DNA of 64,000 nucleotides from Candidatus Methanomethylophilaceae archaeon (GCA_050944155.1 JBMNQN010000003.1:47250-111249); one strand, 5' to 3'; shown: positions 37,522-47,805, counted from the stretch's first letter. Made by a program: numbers and translations. Notes: generated by a model not told the origin, from the sequence alone.

Positions 37522-40392
37522 TTATAAAACCTTAACCACGGCCTCTTCGATTTCGTTAAGTGTCAGCGGTTCGAATTCGACGGTTTTTCCGAGGGATACG
37601 TAGTCGATAGTACAGGTAACCGGGCGGGAGTAAAATCCGGAAACGGCATGGGCGTAAACGCTGAGCTGGAGCTTATAGGCATCCAGATTGTCTTCGGACA
37701 CGTCTGTTTTGTAATCCCTCACCACTGCACGGTCGGGATAAAGTGCCAGCAGATCTATTATTCCTCTGAGCGTAACGTTTATTCCATCCAGGGGGAGGAT
37801 GCACTGGACTTCCGAAAGAACCAAGTCCGCATCCTTTACGGATTCCAGAATTTCTCTTATTACGGGTATTTCGGGAAGGTCTTCCTTCGGTTCTATTCCG
37901 ATTGCCATTGCCTCGGCGATACTGTGTATTTTCGTACCGTATTCCATTCCCTTTCCGGACAGTTCGTCCGCCCCTTCTTCGGGAGCGTTTCCTTTGAATT
38001 CCATTATGTCGTGCACCCCCATATTGATACGTTTGGGAGGATACTCTTCGGGAACGGGTTTGGAAATCTTCGTCTTCTTATTTTCGGAGGGCGGGACGGT
38101 CAGATAACCCAGAGGTTCGGAATATTTCTCTCCCGAAAGATCTTTCATGAACTGCGACGGCTGGTCTCCGCATATCATCGTAACGTACTGTTTGGCGCGG
38201 GACACTGCCACGAAGAGGGTGCGGCGGTCTTCGCTGTAATCCCTGGCGGCGGAATTTTTTACAAGGTCCGTTTTCCACGAATATCCGCTTCTGGTGAAGC
38301 CGTCTTCGGACCTTACCAGAACTTCTGAAGCCCGTATTCCGTCTCTTTCGTTGAAATAAAAGGGTGCGTAATCGGATCTGGTGCTGGGTATGATTCTGGA
38401 GTCGACTCCGGGTATGATGACTATGGGATATTCCAGCCCCTTCGATTTGTGCATGGTCTGTATAACCACGGCATCGGAATCCAAATCGACGTCGAGGCGG
38501 TATGTGTTTTTTTCCTTTATGTCGGTCTCCATTATCCTTATCAGATCGGATACGGTGAGAAGGGACGACCTGTGTGCCGAAGACAGCGTGGATATTATGG
38601 CCTGGGTTTTGTCGTTGTTCAGCCCGTAAACAGCGAAAATCGAAGACAGAAGGTCTGTGATTCTTCTCTTTTTCCCCATCAGTTCCTTTCTCACGGAAAC
38701 CAGGAATTCGGGATGTCTGCTGCTGTCGGAATCGATTATTCTTTTGATGTCTCTGTAAGGATAATCCATGTCGGACAGTATTCCCGTGATTCCCCAGGCA
38801 TCCCTGTCGTTGTTAACATATCTTAGCCATGCAAGTGCCAGCTTGCCTTCTCTGGTCGCCATTATTTCCACGTCGCCCTGAAGGTATGCCGATACTCCTC
38901 TCTTTTTGGCGGCTTCGTCAACGGCTCTGCACATAGCCCCGGTTTTGCATAAGACCGCAATGTCTCTGTAGGAAGGACGTACGAATTCCCCTCCTTTCTT
39001 TATCAGATAATTTCCGGTAACGTAGTCTATGATTCTCGAAACGGCTTCTTCGGCTTCGTTTTCCTTTTCGGTTTTCACATACCTTACGTGGGTGTTTCCG
39101 TCGAAATCCCCGTTGTGTGCTTTGAGCAGCGTAATCGTACTTTCGTCGAGACGGACGTTATCGTCTTTGCTTCCTTTGAGTTTCAGACAGGCGAAAGACG
39201 TGTCGATTACTTTCTGGGAGCTGCGGTAATTTATATCCAGGGACAGTCTGTTTATTTTCGGAATTCTGTAGGGAACCCGTTCTTCGCCGTCTTCGTTGAG
39301 AATTCTGCGCATTTTTTCCGCCCGTTTCTCGAAATCGACGATGTTGTCGATGGAAACGAATCTGAATCCGTAAATTCCCTGTTTCCAGTCTCCGACGACG
39401 CAGAGATTCGGTTCTTTCAGGAGCATGAGCGCAATCATCATCTGGTTCTCGTTGGTATCCTGAAATTCGTCGATCATAAGGTATCTGCAGGAGAGTCTGT
39501 TCCTGGCGGCACGGTCGCTGTAGAGGATGATGAACGCGAACACTGCGTTCAGTCCGAAGGTCAGACGGTCGTCGGATACCGAGCGTCTGATGTAGGAGTA
39601 ATAAACATCGTGGATGTAATTCAGAAGTTCGGTTCTGTCGTCTTCAGCGGCGGAAATCAGAATTTCGTCCGGAAATTCTTCTTCGAATACCGAATATCCT
39701 TGGGATATCGGTTTCCCGTCCGAGATTTTTTTGGAAATTTTATCGGAAAGTTTCTTTCTTTCGCTTTTGTCCGCGTTCATCCTGCGCAGGTCTTCCAAAA
39801 CCGAAGCGGTATCGCCCAGCAGATCTTTTCCGTCACTTCCGCCGAACCATCCTCCGCGCACAGGAACGATACCTTTTGACATCAGTCTCGTTATTAGCCT
39901 GTATATGTCTTCCGGATGAGTACTGGCACATACTGCGGTATCCCCGTATTCGGCACCGTTCTCGTCGTTGAAACGGTCGAAAAAGTCGAAGAAATATTCT
40001 TTGTTCAGCGTTTCGTTTTCTACGAGAGAAGCGCTCCTGGTGAGGCGTTCTTTGATTCCGAGAAAACTGCTTACGGTTTCCGGAGATTCTTTGACGACGG
40101 AATAGCAGAACGAGTCGAAAGTTCCCGCCTGGATGAGTTTTACCGGTTTTTCGGTTTCTATTTCGGAGAGTTTGGCTCTGATGCGCTCTTCCATCTCGGA
40201 TGCGGCGTTTTTGGTGAAGGTTAACAGAAGGATGTCCTTTGTGTCAACGTCGGGTTTTTTCAGTATGTTTACGAACCTGCTGACTACGGTATGGGTCTTT
40301 CCGGTTCCAGGTCCGGCGTCCACGACGTAGAATCCGTCGGTGCCTTCCGCTATGGCTTTCTGGGAAGGATTCAGTTCACTCATCGTATTCAT
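37522..40392 (-). CDS. UvrD/AddA-like helicase with C-terminal PD-(D/E)xK nuclease
   Basis: AGPGTGKT, IDEFQD, VGDWKQ.IY.FR, NYRS, TMHKSKGLE, VAVSRAK, GIIDL..DYKT..QL..Y. Confidence 0.92.
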   Translation of the reverse strand: MNTMSELNPSQKAIAEGTDGFYVVDAGPGTGKTHTVVSRFVNILKKPDVDTKDILLLTFTKNAASEMEERIRAKLSEIETEKPVKLIQAGTFDSFCYSVVKESPETVSSFLGIKERLTRSASLVENETLNKEYFFDFFDRFNDENGAEYGDTAVCASTHPEDIYRLITRLMSKGIVPVRGGWFGGSDGKDLLGDTASVLEDLRRMNADKSERKKLSDKISKKISDGKPISQGYSVFEEEFPDEILISAAEDDRTELLNYIHDVYYSYIRRSVSDDRLTFGLNAVFAFIILYSDRAARNRLSCRYLMIDEFQDTNENQMMIALMLLKEPNLCVVGDWKQGIYGFRFVSIDNIVDFEKRAEKMRRILNEDGEERVPYRIPKINRLSLDINYRSSQKVIDTSFACLKLKGSKDDNVRLDESTITLLKAHNGDFDGNTHVRYVKTEKENEAEEAVSRIIDYVTGNYLIKKGGEFVRPSYRDIAVLCKTGAMCRAVDEAAKKRGVSAYLQGDVEIMATREGKLALAWLRYVNNDRDAWGITGILSDMDYPYRDIKRIIDSDSSRHPEFLVSVRKELMGKKRRITDLLSSIFAVYGLNNDKTQAIISTLSSAHRSSLLTVSDLIRIMETDIKEKNTYRLDVDLDSDAVVIQTMHKSKGLEYPIVIIPGVDSRIIPSTRSDYAPFYFNERDGIRASEVLVRSEDGFTRSGYSWKTDLVKNSAARDYSEDRRTLFVAVSRAKQYVTMICGDQPSQFMKDLSGEKYSEPLGYLTVPPSENKKTKISKPVPEEYPPKRINMGVHDIMEFKGNAPEEGADELSGKGMEYGTKIHSIAEAMAIGIEPKEDLPEIPVIREILESVKDADLVLSEVQCILPLDGINVTLRGIIDLLALYPDRAVVRDYKTDVSEDNLDAYKLQLSVYAHAVSGFYSRPVTCTIDYVSLGKTVEFEPLTLNEIEEAVVKVL

Positions 40393-43048
40393 CCTCCGAC
40401 TCGGCGGAAACCGGTGTTTTTGTGCATACGGAAACGTATCCGCAGCGTTTGCACTCCACTCTCGGGGCGGCGGGGAACCCTTCGACGTTCATCCGTTCTA
40501 TGGTTTTTCTGTCGGAACGGAGTTTTTCCAGAAAACGTTCCATGGAATCCGACGGAATCAGCACCTTGTCTCCGTCGATCCAATAGTCCTTGTCGTAAGC
40601 CGCTTTTACTCTTTTGAGCGCTCCTTCGACATCAGGTTTTTTGGACATACCCAGAGAAGACCTCGTGGCAGCAATCAGGTCTTCGTTTTCGTCCCAATTC
40701 CCCTCCGGAAAACCGTATTCGGAAATCGGAGTGACGAAATCTGTCCAGTTTTCGTATATATCTGTGTATTTTTTGTAGTTTATCGCATCTTTGAGCAGCG
40801 AATCCGGGTCCATGAGGAGCTCTTTTTTGGAAAATTCCGTGAGACACACGTCCACGGTGTTTTCGCGGATTGTCATACTGTTTTTAACGGAACCGTCTTT
40901 GCCGAACAGATAGAAAAGACGGAAGCACGGATTTTTCGTTCCCGACGATTTCAAAAGTGCCAGATACATCTGTGGCTGGGTTACGGCCGGATTTCCGGGA
41001 GTAAGCAGCATATTTTTCACCAGTTCGTCCTGTTTCACGAATTTTCCCGTTTTGTAATCTATCGCCGCCGTGCCGTCCAGGAAATCGATTTTTCCGTAAA
41101 TCCCGTTTTCGTAATCCGAAATTTCTCTTTCGGCCAGGTCGCTGCAGTCCTCCAGTCCTTCCGACGCCATCAATTCGTTGGGATGTTCTCTGGAAGAATT
41201 TTTCATGTTCAGGGGTATTTTTCCCAACCCGAGGGAATCTATGAACTGCGTCATATTCGTCAGCCCGATTCTGATGTGGTCCGTGTCGGTTTCTTCTCTG
41301 ATCGGCGACGAAAGACCTGCGAAATCCTTTCCGATGATTTCGACGTAATGTTCCAGGCCCTGAGAACGTACATGCTCCGGATAACAGATGTAAAGTTCGG
41401 CGAACGCGTGAAGAAGATTTCCGAACATCGAGGTTTCGCTGTCCGGAGATGTGACGAGATTTCTGTAGTAATATCTGCGGGGACAGTTGAGGAATTCTTC
41501 GTAGGCGCTTTTAGACAGCTTCGGTACGGTTTCGGCCCCCTGATCCAGTTTTATTTCGCTTTCTTCGGTCTCCTCTTCTTTTTCTTCGTACCACGAACCC
41601 TTTACGACCGGAGCTATGTCGGAGAAAGAGGAAGCAGCTTTTTTCAGCCCCTCGCTTTCGTATATTCCTCCGAAAAGCGCTGCGGGACGGGCGGGTTTGC
41701 CGTCTTTTATGGAATTCACGGCGTATATTCTGGAATGGCCCTGCTGCAGAAGCACCTTGAACTTAAGCGCATCCTTTTCGGCTTCGGCTTCCCTGTCTAT
41801 GTACTGTCTTCCGATGATTCTGTTTTCCCATTCGGCTCCAATTCCCAGCAGAATTACGAAGGGACGGTCCACGAAAACCGATTTGTGGCAGTCGGCCAGA
41901 AGCACTCCCTTTTTCTCGCTGTCGGGAATCTGTTCGTTGTGATGCAGGTCCGATATGTTGTTTACCGCGTAATTTATCTCGGAGACCAGCTGTCCGGTGA
42001 CTTTACGGTCGGTGAATTTCATTTCTTCCAAGAGTATTTTCACCTGAGGCCTGTGCTTTTTCGATACTACGGTTTCGCACACTTCGCCGAAAGTCATGCT
42101 TCGGATGTTTTTCATACACTCCGCAAGCTCGGAAGCCCTTTCTCCCATTTCCGTGACTTTCGAAAGCAGAACGTTGTCGAATTTTACCCATATGTTTCCG
42201 CCGTAGGACGAAAACAGTTCTCTCGCGTGTCTTACCCTCAGTGTTCCGTAGGACATAGAAAGATTCAGAAATTTCAGGAAATCTCTTATTTGAGACAGGT
42301 CGCGGACGGTCATTGTGTTCTTGAACGGTATTCCGCGTCTGTAAAGTGCGGAGCGGACGGCATCCGCGATTTTGCTTTCCGTATCCATCACGATTGCGGT
42401 ATCCGTTGTTCGTTCGGTATCTATCAGTTCCGCAATGTTTTCCGCAATTTGTCGGTCGTTTCCTATCTCGTAAATGACGGGAATTTCGTATTCTTCGCCG
42501 TAAACGAAAATTTCTATTTCCGTGTGCTGCATAGGAATGAAGTGCTTGTCCAAATCGTCGAAAAATTCTATTCCGATTACTGCGGTCTTCTTCCCGAGGA
42601 ATATGTTGTCCCTGAGAACGGGACCCGTACCTCCGTTTTCGTGATATGTTTCCGGGACGAAAAGGTCCATGACCTTTTCCAAGGTCGGAAGGTGTTTGTA
42701 ACTGCCGTATATTCTTCTCGAAGATTCGGAATAAAGGTATTTTTCCACATCCTTCGTGTATCTTCTGATGTTCCGGATGTTTTCTATTTCGTCGTGGACG
42801 GATTTGAATTCCAGGCCGGTTTCGTCGGAAACGGCGGCGACGATTTCCAGATCGCTCATCACCGGTTTTCCCAGTACCTGAACGGAAAGCATGGACGCCA
42901 GGTGCCGGGGGGTGTATGCGAAACCTCCGACGAGAGGACGGTCGATACGGCCGTTGAGTGCCGTGGCCAAAGGAGCGTCGTTGGTAATCACCACATCGAA
43001 ATTCCTGACCTCTTCGTAAATTTCGTCTATGCTTTTCACTCTGTGCAT
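40376..43048 (-). CDS. AddB-like protein: probable degenerate helicase N-terminus plus Fe-S PD-(D/E)xK nuclease
   Basis: LSKS..FLNCPRRYY, GNLLH, GKIDF..IDYKTG, Q..Y, C-terminal CKRCGYVSVC; overlaps the AddA-like start. Confidence 0.85.
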   Translation of the reverse strand: MHRVKSIDEIYEEVRNFDVVITNDAPLATALNGRIDRPLVGGFAYTPRHLASMLSVQVLGKPVMSDLEIVAAVSDETGLEFKSVHDEIENIRNIRRYTKDVEKYLYSESSRRIYGSYKHLPTLEKVMDLFVPETYHENGGTGPVLRDNIFLGKKTAVIGIEFFDDLDKHFIPMQHTEIEIFVYGEEYEIPVIYEIGNDRQIAENIAELIDTERTTDTAIVMDTESKIADAVRSALYRRGIPFKNTMTVRDLSQIRDFLKFLNLSMSYGTLRVRHARELFSSYGGNIWVKFDNVLLSKVTEMGERASELAECMKNIRSMTFGEVCETVVSKKHRPQVKILLEEMKFTDRKVTGQLVSEINYAVNNISDLHHNEQIPDSEKKGVLLADCHKSVFVDRPFVILLGIGAEWENRIIGRQYIDREAEAEKDALKFKVLLQQGHSRIYAVNSIKDGKPARPAALFGGIYESEGLKKAASSFSDIAPVVKGSWYEEKEEETEESEIKLDQGAETVPKLSKSAYEEFLNCPRRYYYRNLVTSPDSETSMFGNLLHAFAELYICYPEHVRSQGLEHYVEIIGKDFAGLSSPIREETDTDHIRIGLTNMTQFIDSLGLGKIPLNMKNSSREHPNELMASEGLEDCSDLAEREISDYENGIYGKIDFLDGTAAIDYKTGKFVKQDELVKNMLLTPGNPAVTQPQMYLALLKSSGTKNPCFRLFYLFGKDGSVKNSMTIRENTVDVCLTEFSKKELLMDPDSLLKDAINYKKYTDIYENWTDFVTPISEYGFPEGNWDENEDLIAATRSSLGMSKKPDVEGALKRVKAAYDKDYWIDGDKVLIPSDSMERFLEKLRSDRKTIERMNVEGFPAAPRVECKRCGYVSVCTKTPVSAESEDEYDE

Positions 43049-43138
43049 CAAACCCTAATCGGGGTCCGCGATTTATTTGTGTTCCGCGTTCTTCCGCGAT
43101 ACAACGGAATTAATAGTCGGACGGCGGTCGGAGAAACC

Positions 43139-43690
43139 GTGGCCGAGTTATTCGTCATAGAGCTGAACGGAACCGGACCGGAGGGCTATCCTTCGGATTC
43201 GGTAGCCGAAATAGCGATATGCAGAATTCTTCCGGATTACGGGGATTTCGATACAGTATATCAGCAGACCGTTTACCACGACCCTCTGGATCTGGGAAAG
43301 CAGTCGCTGGAATGGATTTACGAAAAATCCGGAATGTCCGCCGAAGAGTTCTACTACGGCAAAGAAATCTCCGAAGTCGCATCCGAAGTCAGGGAAATAA
43401 TAAGAGGAAACGAAGCGGTCTGTTTCGACGTGCGGGAGGTGTTCGGAAAATACCTTCTTTACGAACCCTGGGACTTCACTTTCGATGTTACGCTTCTTCC
43501 GTCGGTTTCTTTCAGAATCCCCTCTTCGGAATTTTCCGACGGTACGGATATTAACGACCGTATCTCCTCCGTTTACCGCAGAATGTATCCGAACGACCCG
43601 GCGGGCATCGGAAACGGAAGAAGAGCCATGCATCTGGCACAGATGACTTCCATGATACTCGCCGGTCTTCACCGCACCGGTCTATTTTAA
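43139..43690 (+). CDS. Catalytically degenerate paralog of the DEDDh exonuclease at 34310
   Basis: Last 183 aa of shadow ORF 40340..43690; GTG start; colinear similarity to 34310..34918. Confidence 0.8.
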   Translation: MAELFVIELNGTGPEGYPSDSVAEIAICRILPDYGDFDTVYQQTVYHDPLDLGKQSLEWIYEKSGMSAEEFYYGKEISEVASEVREIIRGNEAVCFDVREVFGKYLLYEPWDFTFDVTLLPSVSFRIPSSEFSDGTDINDRISSVYRRMYPNDPAGIGNGRRAMHLAQMTSMILAGLHRTGLF

Positions 43691-44115
43691 AACCTGAACA
43701 TTTTGAAAATGGAGCCGAATTTTGTCTCGGCGATCTGTGCGAAAAATGCCGATATGTACACGATTGCCATTATGAATGCCATCACGGTGGACAGGACTTT
43801 CGCGATTATCTCTCCTCTGGCCCAAAGCATGATGAAAGTAATCAGCATAACATATACGACCAATCCGAAAATCAGGTATGCCCAACCTTTCCGGTCTTTG
43901 TAATCTTCGTATATGAGTCCCAGACCCAGCAGTCCGAACGGGGCGGGCAGAACCGCAAGAAGAATGGAAACCAGTTTACTTTTGACGACGGTTTTTCTGA
44001 CCGGTTTTTCTTTTATCGGTTTCTCTTCCCTTCTCGGAATGGAAGCATAACATCTGGGACATGTCAGACTGTTCGAAGGAACGGGTTCTCCACAGGAGGG
44101 ACACTTATTGGTCAC
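43687..44115 (-). CDS. Zinc-ribbon plus membrane (TM2-like) protein
   Basis: CPSCG..CPRC followed by three hydrophobic segments (GLLGLGLIY). Confidence 0.8.
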   Translation of the reverse strand: MTNKCPSCGEPVPSNSLTCPRCYASIPRREEKPIKEKPVRKTVVKSKLVSILLAVLPAPFGLLGLGLIYEDYKDRKGWAYLIFGLVVYVMLITFIMLWARGEIIAKVLSTVMAFIMAIVYISAFFAQIAETKFGSIFKMFRF

Positions 44116-44362
44116 GGCATGCCTCCGGATACGGGTTTCCGCGTGGCAGCGCCGGTCTGAATTCCATGGTACGTGATAATTCGCACCCTATTTAATCGGA
44201 ACGACAGAAACCTGTTTTCCGACGGAGGGTATTCCGAAAGACGAAGAAAGATGCGGGTATCGAAGAGCGGATTCGAGACGAAATGAAACCGTCTCCCGGG
44301 GTTTCTCCCTATCCGTATTTTTATTCCGGGCAATAATTTAGTTATAGCTTCCTGCCGTTCAG

Positions 44363-45712
44363 ATGTTCATGGCGGAGAGACTCACGGTTACGCAGCTCAA
44401 TACGAGAGTCCGCTCCCTTCTGACGGAATCCGGAGCCCTGAGAGACATCTGGGTCACCGGAGAAATTTCCAACCTCAAACGCTATTCCAGCGGTCATTAT
44501 TACTTTACTCTCAAGGACGAAGGAAGCGAAGTCCGCGCGGTCATGTTCAAAGGTTCCAGAGGCAGAATAGATTTCGAACCCCAGGAAAACATGAAGATTG
44601 CCGCCTTCGGACACGCAGATCTTTACGTTCAGAGAGGAAGCTATCAGTTTATTGCGGAAACGATGCAGAAGTCCGGAATCGGAGATCTGTATCTGGAATT
44701 CGAAAAACTGAGAAAAAAACTGGAAGCCGAAGGACTATTCGAGCAGTCCAGAAAAAGGAAGCTTCCCGAATACCCCAAAGTTATAGGCGTCGTAACCTCC
44801 GAAAGCGGGGCGGTTATTCACGATATCGTGGTAACGTCCGCAAAACGGTTCCCCGCGGACATTCTCCTGGCTCCCGCCAAAGTTCAGGGGGACGGTGCCG
44901 CCGAATCCATAGTGCGCGGAATCGAAATTCTAAACAGAGCGGGAGCGGACGTACTCATAGTGGGGAGAGGCGGAGGCTCCATAGAGGACTTATGGGCTTT
45001 CAACGAGGAGAAAGTCGCGCGTGCGATTGCGGGTTCCGGCGTGCCCGTCATTTCCGCCGTGGGACACGAATCTGATTTTACGATTGCGGACATGGTTGCG
45101 GACGTGCGTGCTCCCACTCCCACGGGTGCGGCGGAGATTGCGCTGAGAGACATGAACGACGTCAGAAAACAGATCGAAAGTCTGGGAATAAGAATGAACA
45201 GAAGGCTGGAATTTTCCGTTTCGGAGATGAAAGGGAGACTTGCCCCTCTCGCATCCGCCGTGGAACCGAAGAGACAGCTGGAACGTCTGGCTATGAAGGA
45301 GATGCAGGTCGATTCCCTGTTCGATTCCGCGGAAAGACTTCTTACGTCCGTGACGGAGAATATGCGCCGCAGATTCGCGTACGCCGATTCGGGAATTTCC
45401 GCGGACAAAATACTGAGGCGCATAGAGTTGCTGAAAATGCGTCATGCGTCGTTATCCGAACGTCTTGCCGCCGCGATAAAAAACGTTATGAATACCGCGT
45501 CGGCGGCATGGGACTCTCTTTTCCAGAAATCCGAAGCGCTGAGTCCCTACGGAGTTCTGGAGAGGGGCTACAGCTACGTGACGGACACAGACGGACACAC
45601 CGTTTCATCCGTTTCGTCGTTGAGCGAGGGTTCCGGCATAAATCTCGTATTCCGCGACGGACGCGCCGATGCCGTCGTAAAAAAGGTGATGAAGAATGGA
45701 CAGAGAAATTGA
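44363..45712 (+). CDS. xseA: Exodeoxyribonuclease VII large subunit
   Basis: GEISN..SGHYYFTLKD, L.AEGLF, GRGGGSIEDLWAFN, AVGHESD, PTPTGAAE, LERGY. Confidence 0.96.
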   Translation: MFMAERLTVTQLNTRVRSLLTESGALRDIWVTGEISNLKRYSSGHYYFTLKDEGSEVRAVMFKGSRGRIDFEPQENMKIAAFGHADLYVQRGSYQFIAETMQKSGIGDLYLEFEKLRKKLEAEGLFEQSRKRKLPEYPKVIGVVTSESGAVIHDIVVTSAKRFPADILLAPAKVQGDGAAESIVRGIEILNRAGADVLIVGRGGGSIEDLWAFNEEKVARAIAGSGVPVISAVGHESDFTIADMVADVRAPTPTGAAEIALRDMNDVRKQIESLGIRMNRRLEFSVSEMKGRLAPLASAVEPKRQLERLAMKEMQVDSLFDSAERLLTSVTENMRRRFAYADSGISADKILRRIELLKMRHASLSERLAAAIKNVMNTASAAWDSLFQKSEALSPYGVLERGYSYVTDTDGHTVSSVSSLSEGSGINLVFRDGRADAVVKKVMKNGQRN

Positions 45713-45929
45713 AGAAATGGGTTTCGAAGAATGCATCAAAGAACTCGAAGAAATAGTCAGGGAACTCGAATCCGGAGAACTGGATCTGGATAAAAGCATC
45801 GGTAAGTACGAACGGGCAGTGGTTCTCAGGGACAGGTGCAAAAAGATACTCGAGGAAAGCGAGCGCAGGGTGAGAAAAATCACCGAAACTCCCGAAGGAA
45901 CCGAAATTTCAGACTTTTCTGCCGATTGA
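45696..45929 (+). CDS. xseB: Exodeoxyribonuclease VII small subunit
   Basis: FEECIKELEEIVRELESGELDLDKSI..YE; overlaps xseA. Confidence 0.93.
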   Translation: MDREIEEMGFEECIKELEEIVRELESGELDLDKSIGKYERAVVLRDRCKKILEESERRVRKITETPEGTEISDFSAD

Positions 45930-46775
45930 CCACAGCCTGAAGCCCTCTTTCTCGGCCCAGTCCGAGGTGTTCCTGAAGAGATTCGTATCAGCAAAAGCAT
46001 CGCAGTCGAAAGCAAGTCTCAGCGAACCGGAAAGTTCCCCCTCGCGGAGATTCTTGCTGTTGAACGAACCGAATATGTTTTTCAGTGCTATGAGCAGAAC
46101 TTCCACGGCATCGTGCCCTCTCGCGATTTCGATCGGATCTCCCGCGTAAGCAATTTCGTTTTTCAGATACTTCATTATTTCCGATTTTCCCGCCCGGCAG
46201 TGGGCCGTATCGCATATGACTTCGTCCACGAGAGCCCTCACGTCGATTTCCAGAGTTCTGTGGTTCACGAAACGGTCGAAATCAAGTTCCCTGAAGGAAA
46301 GGTTGAGTCCGTATTTGTGGGAAACGTACATCAGAAGACCGACGGGATAACTTGCGGAAACCACGGCGTCCAGAACCGGTCCGTATTCGGATTCGAAAGC
46401 AGCCAGGGAATCGGTGTCCGAATATTCCGCAAGAACATAATCCAGTGCGGGGCTGGAAATGAGCATCATCTCCAGGTCTCGTTTGTCCGTCTGAAATACG
46501 GGAGGCGTTCTTACTTTCCCGATAAGTCTGTCCAAATCGGCATCGACTATTCCCACAATCCGTCTGCATCCGCGGTTTTTCCAGCATTCGTCCACCGCCC
46601 TTCGGACGTTGTCCTTCGAATGCCCCACTATCATTCTCACTCTGTCTCTGTCGCAGAATTTGCCGTAAAGCCTGCTGTCCGTGATGCCTTCGACAACGAG
46701 TACAGTGTCGTCCGTTGCCGAAACGAGCATGGATATCTCGTTCGCAATATCGGACGAAGTGAGTTTATCTCTCAT
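45909..46775 (-). CDS. DUF4435/TOPRIM-like protein (AriB-like)
   Basis: VVEGITD, IVDADLD, DLEMML, RGHD; overlaps the ATPase gene upstream. Confidence 0.8.
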   Translation of the reverse strand: MRDKLTSSDIANEISMLVSATDDTVLVVEGITDSRLYGKFCDRDRVRMIVGHSKDNVRRAVDECWKNRGCRRIVGIVDADLDRLIGKVRTPPVFQTDKRDLEMMLISSPALDYVLAEYSDTDSLAAFESEYGPVLDAVVSASYPVGLLMYVSHKYGLNLSFRELDFDRFVNHRTLEIDVRALVDEVICDTAHCRAGKSEIMKYLKNEIAYAGDPIEIARGHDAVEVLLIALKNIFGSFNSKNLREGELSGSLRLAFDCDAFADTNLFRNTSDWAEKEGFRLWSIGRKV

Positions 46776-47805
46776 AATTAGGCTTCAGCTCCCTTGCCAT
46801 ATCCCATTTGTCGTGAATTATCTGCGGAGAGTGAGTGGCAATGAGAATCTGAAGGTCCCTCAGTTTGGCCACGTCCGCGAGAATGGAACCGAGTCTCTGC
46901 TGCCATTCGACATGAAGAGAAATCTCCGGTTCGTCCAGAATGACCAGCGCGCCGGGGTCGGTCTGGAACAGCATGCGGTAGAACAGGACGAAAATCTGTT
47001 TCTCTCCGGAAGAAAGAAACATCAGAGGCAGATCTTTGCCACTGTCCAGTCTTACGTTCAGGTTGTCTTTCTCGCTGAGTTCTATGGTTTTTCTGATGTA
47101 GAGGCTGTTGATTATGTCTTTGAAAACAACCACGGATTCCGCCAGGAGATAGTACTTTTTTATGTACTCTTCCAGGGCGGGAACGAGTCTTTCGTAACGT
47201 TCTTTTTTGTTTCCCAGGTCGTGGCGTTCGGGAGGGAAACGGAGTCCCGGCGGCATATCGGGAGCTATGCCCGCGCCGCTCATGAAATCAAGTTTCGCTT
47301 TCAGGTCTCTGCATTTATCGATTAGTTCCCCGTCGGTGTACGTTTCCGTAACGCTGTCGGGAAGGGTCAGTTCCGAGTTTTCTTTGGCGAATCTTATGCG
47401 GTCCCTCAGTTCCGCGGAATAGACGGATATGGCGGGAACGGTGCGCCCGTCGTTCTTTCTCACTATCTGCCTTTCCGGCGGAATGTACGTTACGGGCATC
47501 AGACTGCGGGTTTCCTCCGCGCTGATGTACTGTTCGATTTCGTTTTTCTGAATCTGTACGCTGAATTCCGAATAATTTTCGATTATCAGCGCCGTGTCGT
47601 TGCTGAAGCAGATATCCATCCTCTCGAAGGGCATTGCCGCAAGAGTTTCGAATTCCCCCCTGAAAGCCGCGGCTAACGCTCTGGTAACCGTGGATTTGCC
47701 GAATCCGTTCTGCGAATAGATGAAGGTGAGCGGCCCCTGGTTCAGACTGAGACCGCAGTCGCACTCGCCGAAAAGTCCGTAAACGGTTATGGTCCTGATT
47801 TTCAT
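46765..47805 (-). CDS. ABC-type AAA ATPase (AAA_15/AAA_21; AriA-like)
   Basis: SQNGFGKS, YIPPER, LSSGEKQ, ILDEPEISLH..WQ, ATHSP. Confidence 0.85.
   Translation of the reverse strand: MKIRTITVYGLFGECDCGLSLNQGPLTFIYSQNGFGKSTVTRALAAAFRGEFETLAAMPFERMDICFSNDTALIIENYSEFSVQIQKNEIEQYISAEETRSLMPVTYIPPERQIVRKNDGRTVPAISVYSAELRDRIRFAKENSELTLPDSVTETYTDGELIDKCRDLKAKLDFMSGAGIAPDMPPGLRFPPERHDLGNKKERYERLVPALEEYIKKYYLLAESVVVFKDIINSLYIRKTIELSEKDNLNVRLDSGKDLPLMFLSSGEKQIFVLFYRMLFQTDPGALVILDEPEISLHVEWQQRLGSILADVAKLRDLQILIATHSPQIIHDKWDMARELKPNYER

Noticed and set aside
40340-43138. 1116-aa + strand ORF
   Set aside because: Antisense shadow of the AddB-like gene with F/R/V-rich, non-protein-like composition; only the last 183 aa (43139-43690) are a real gene.
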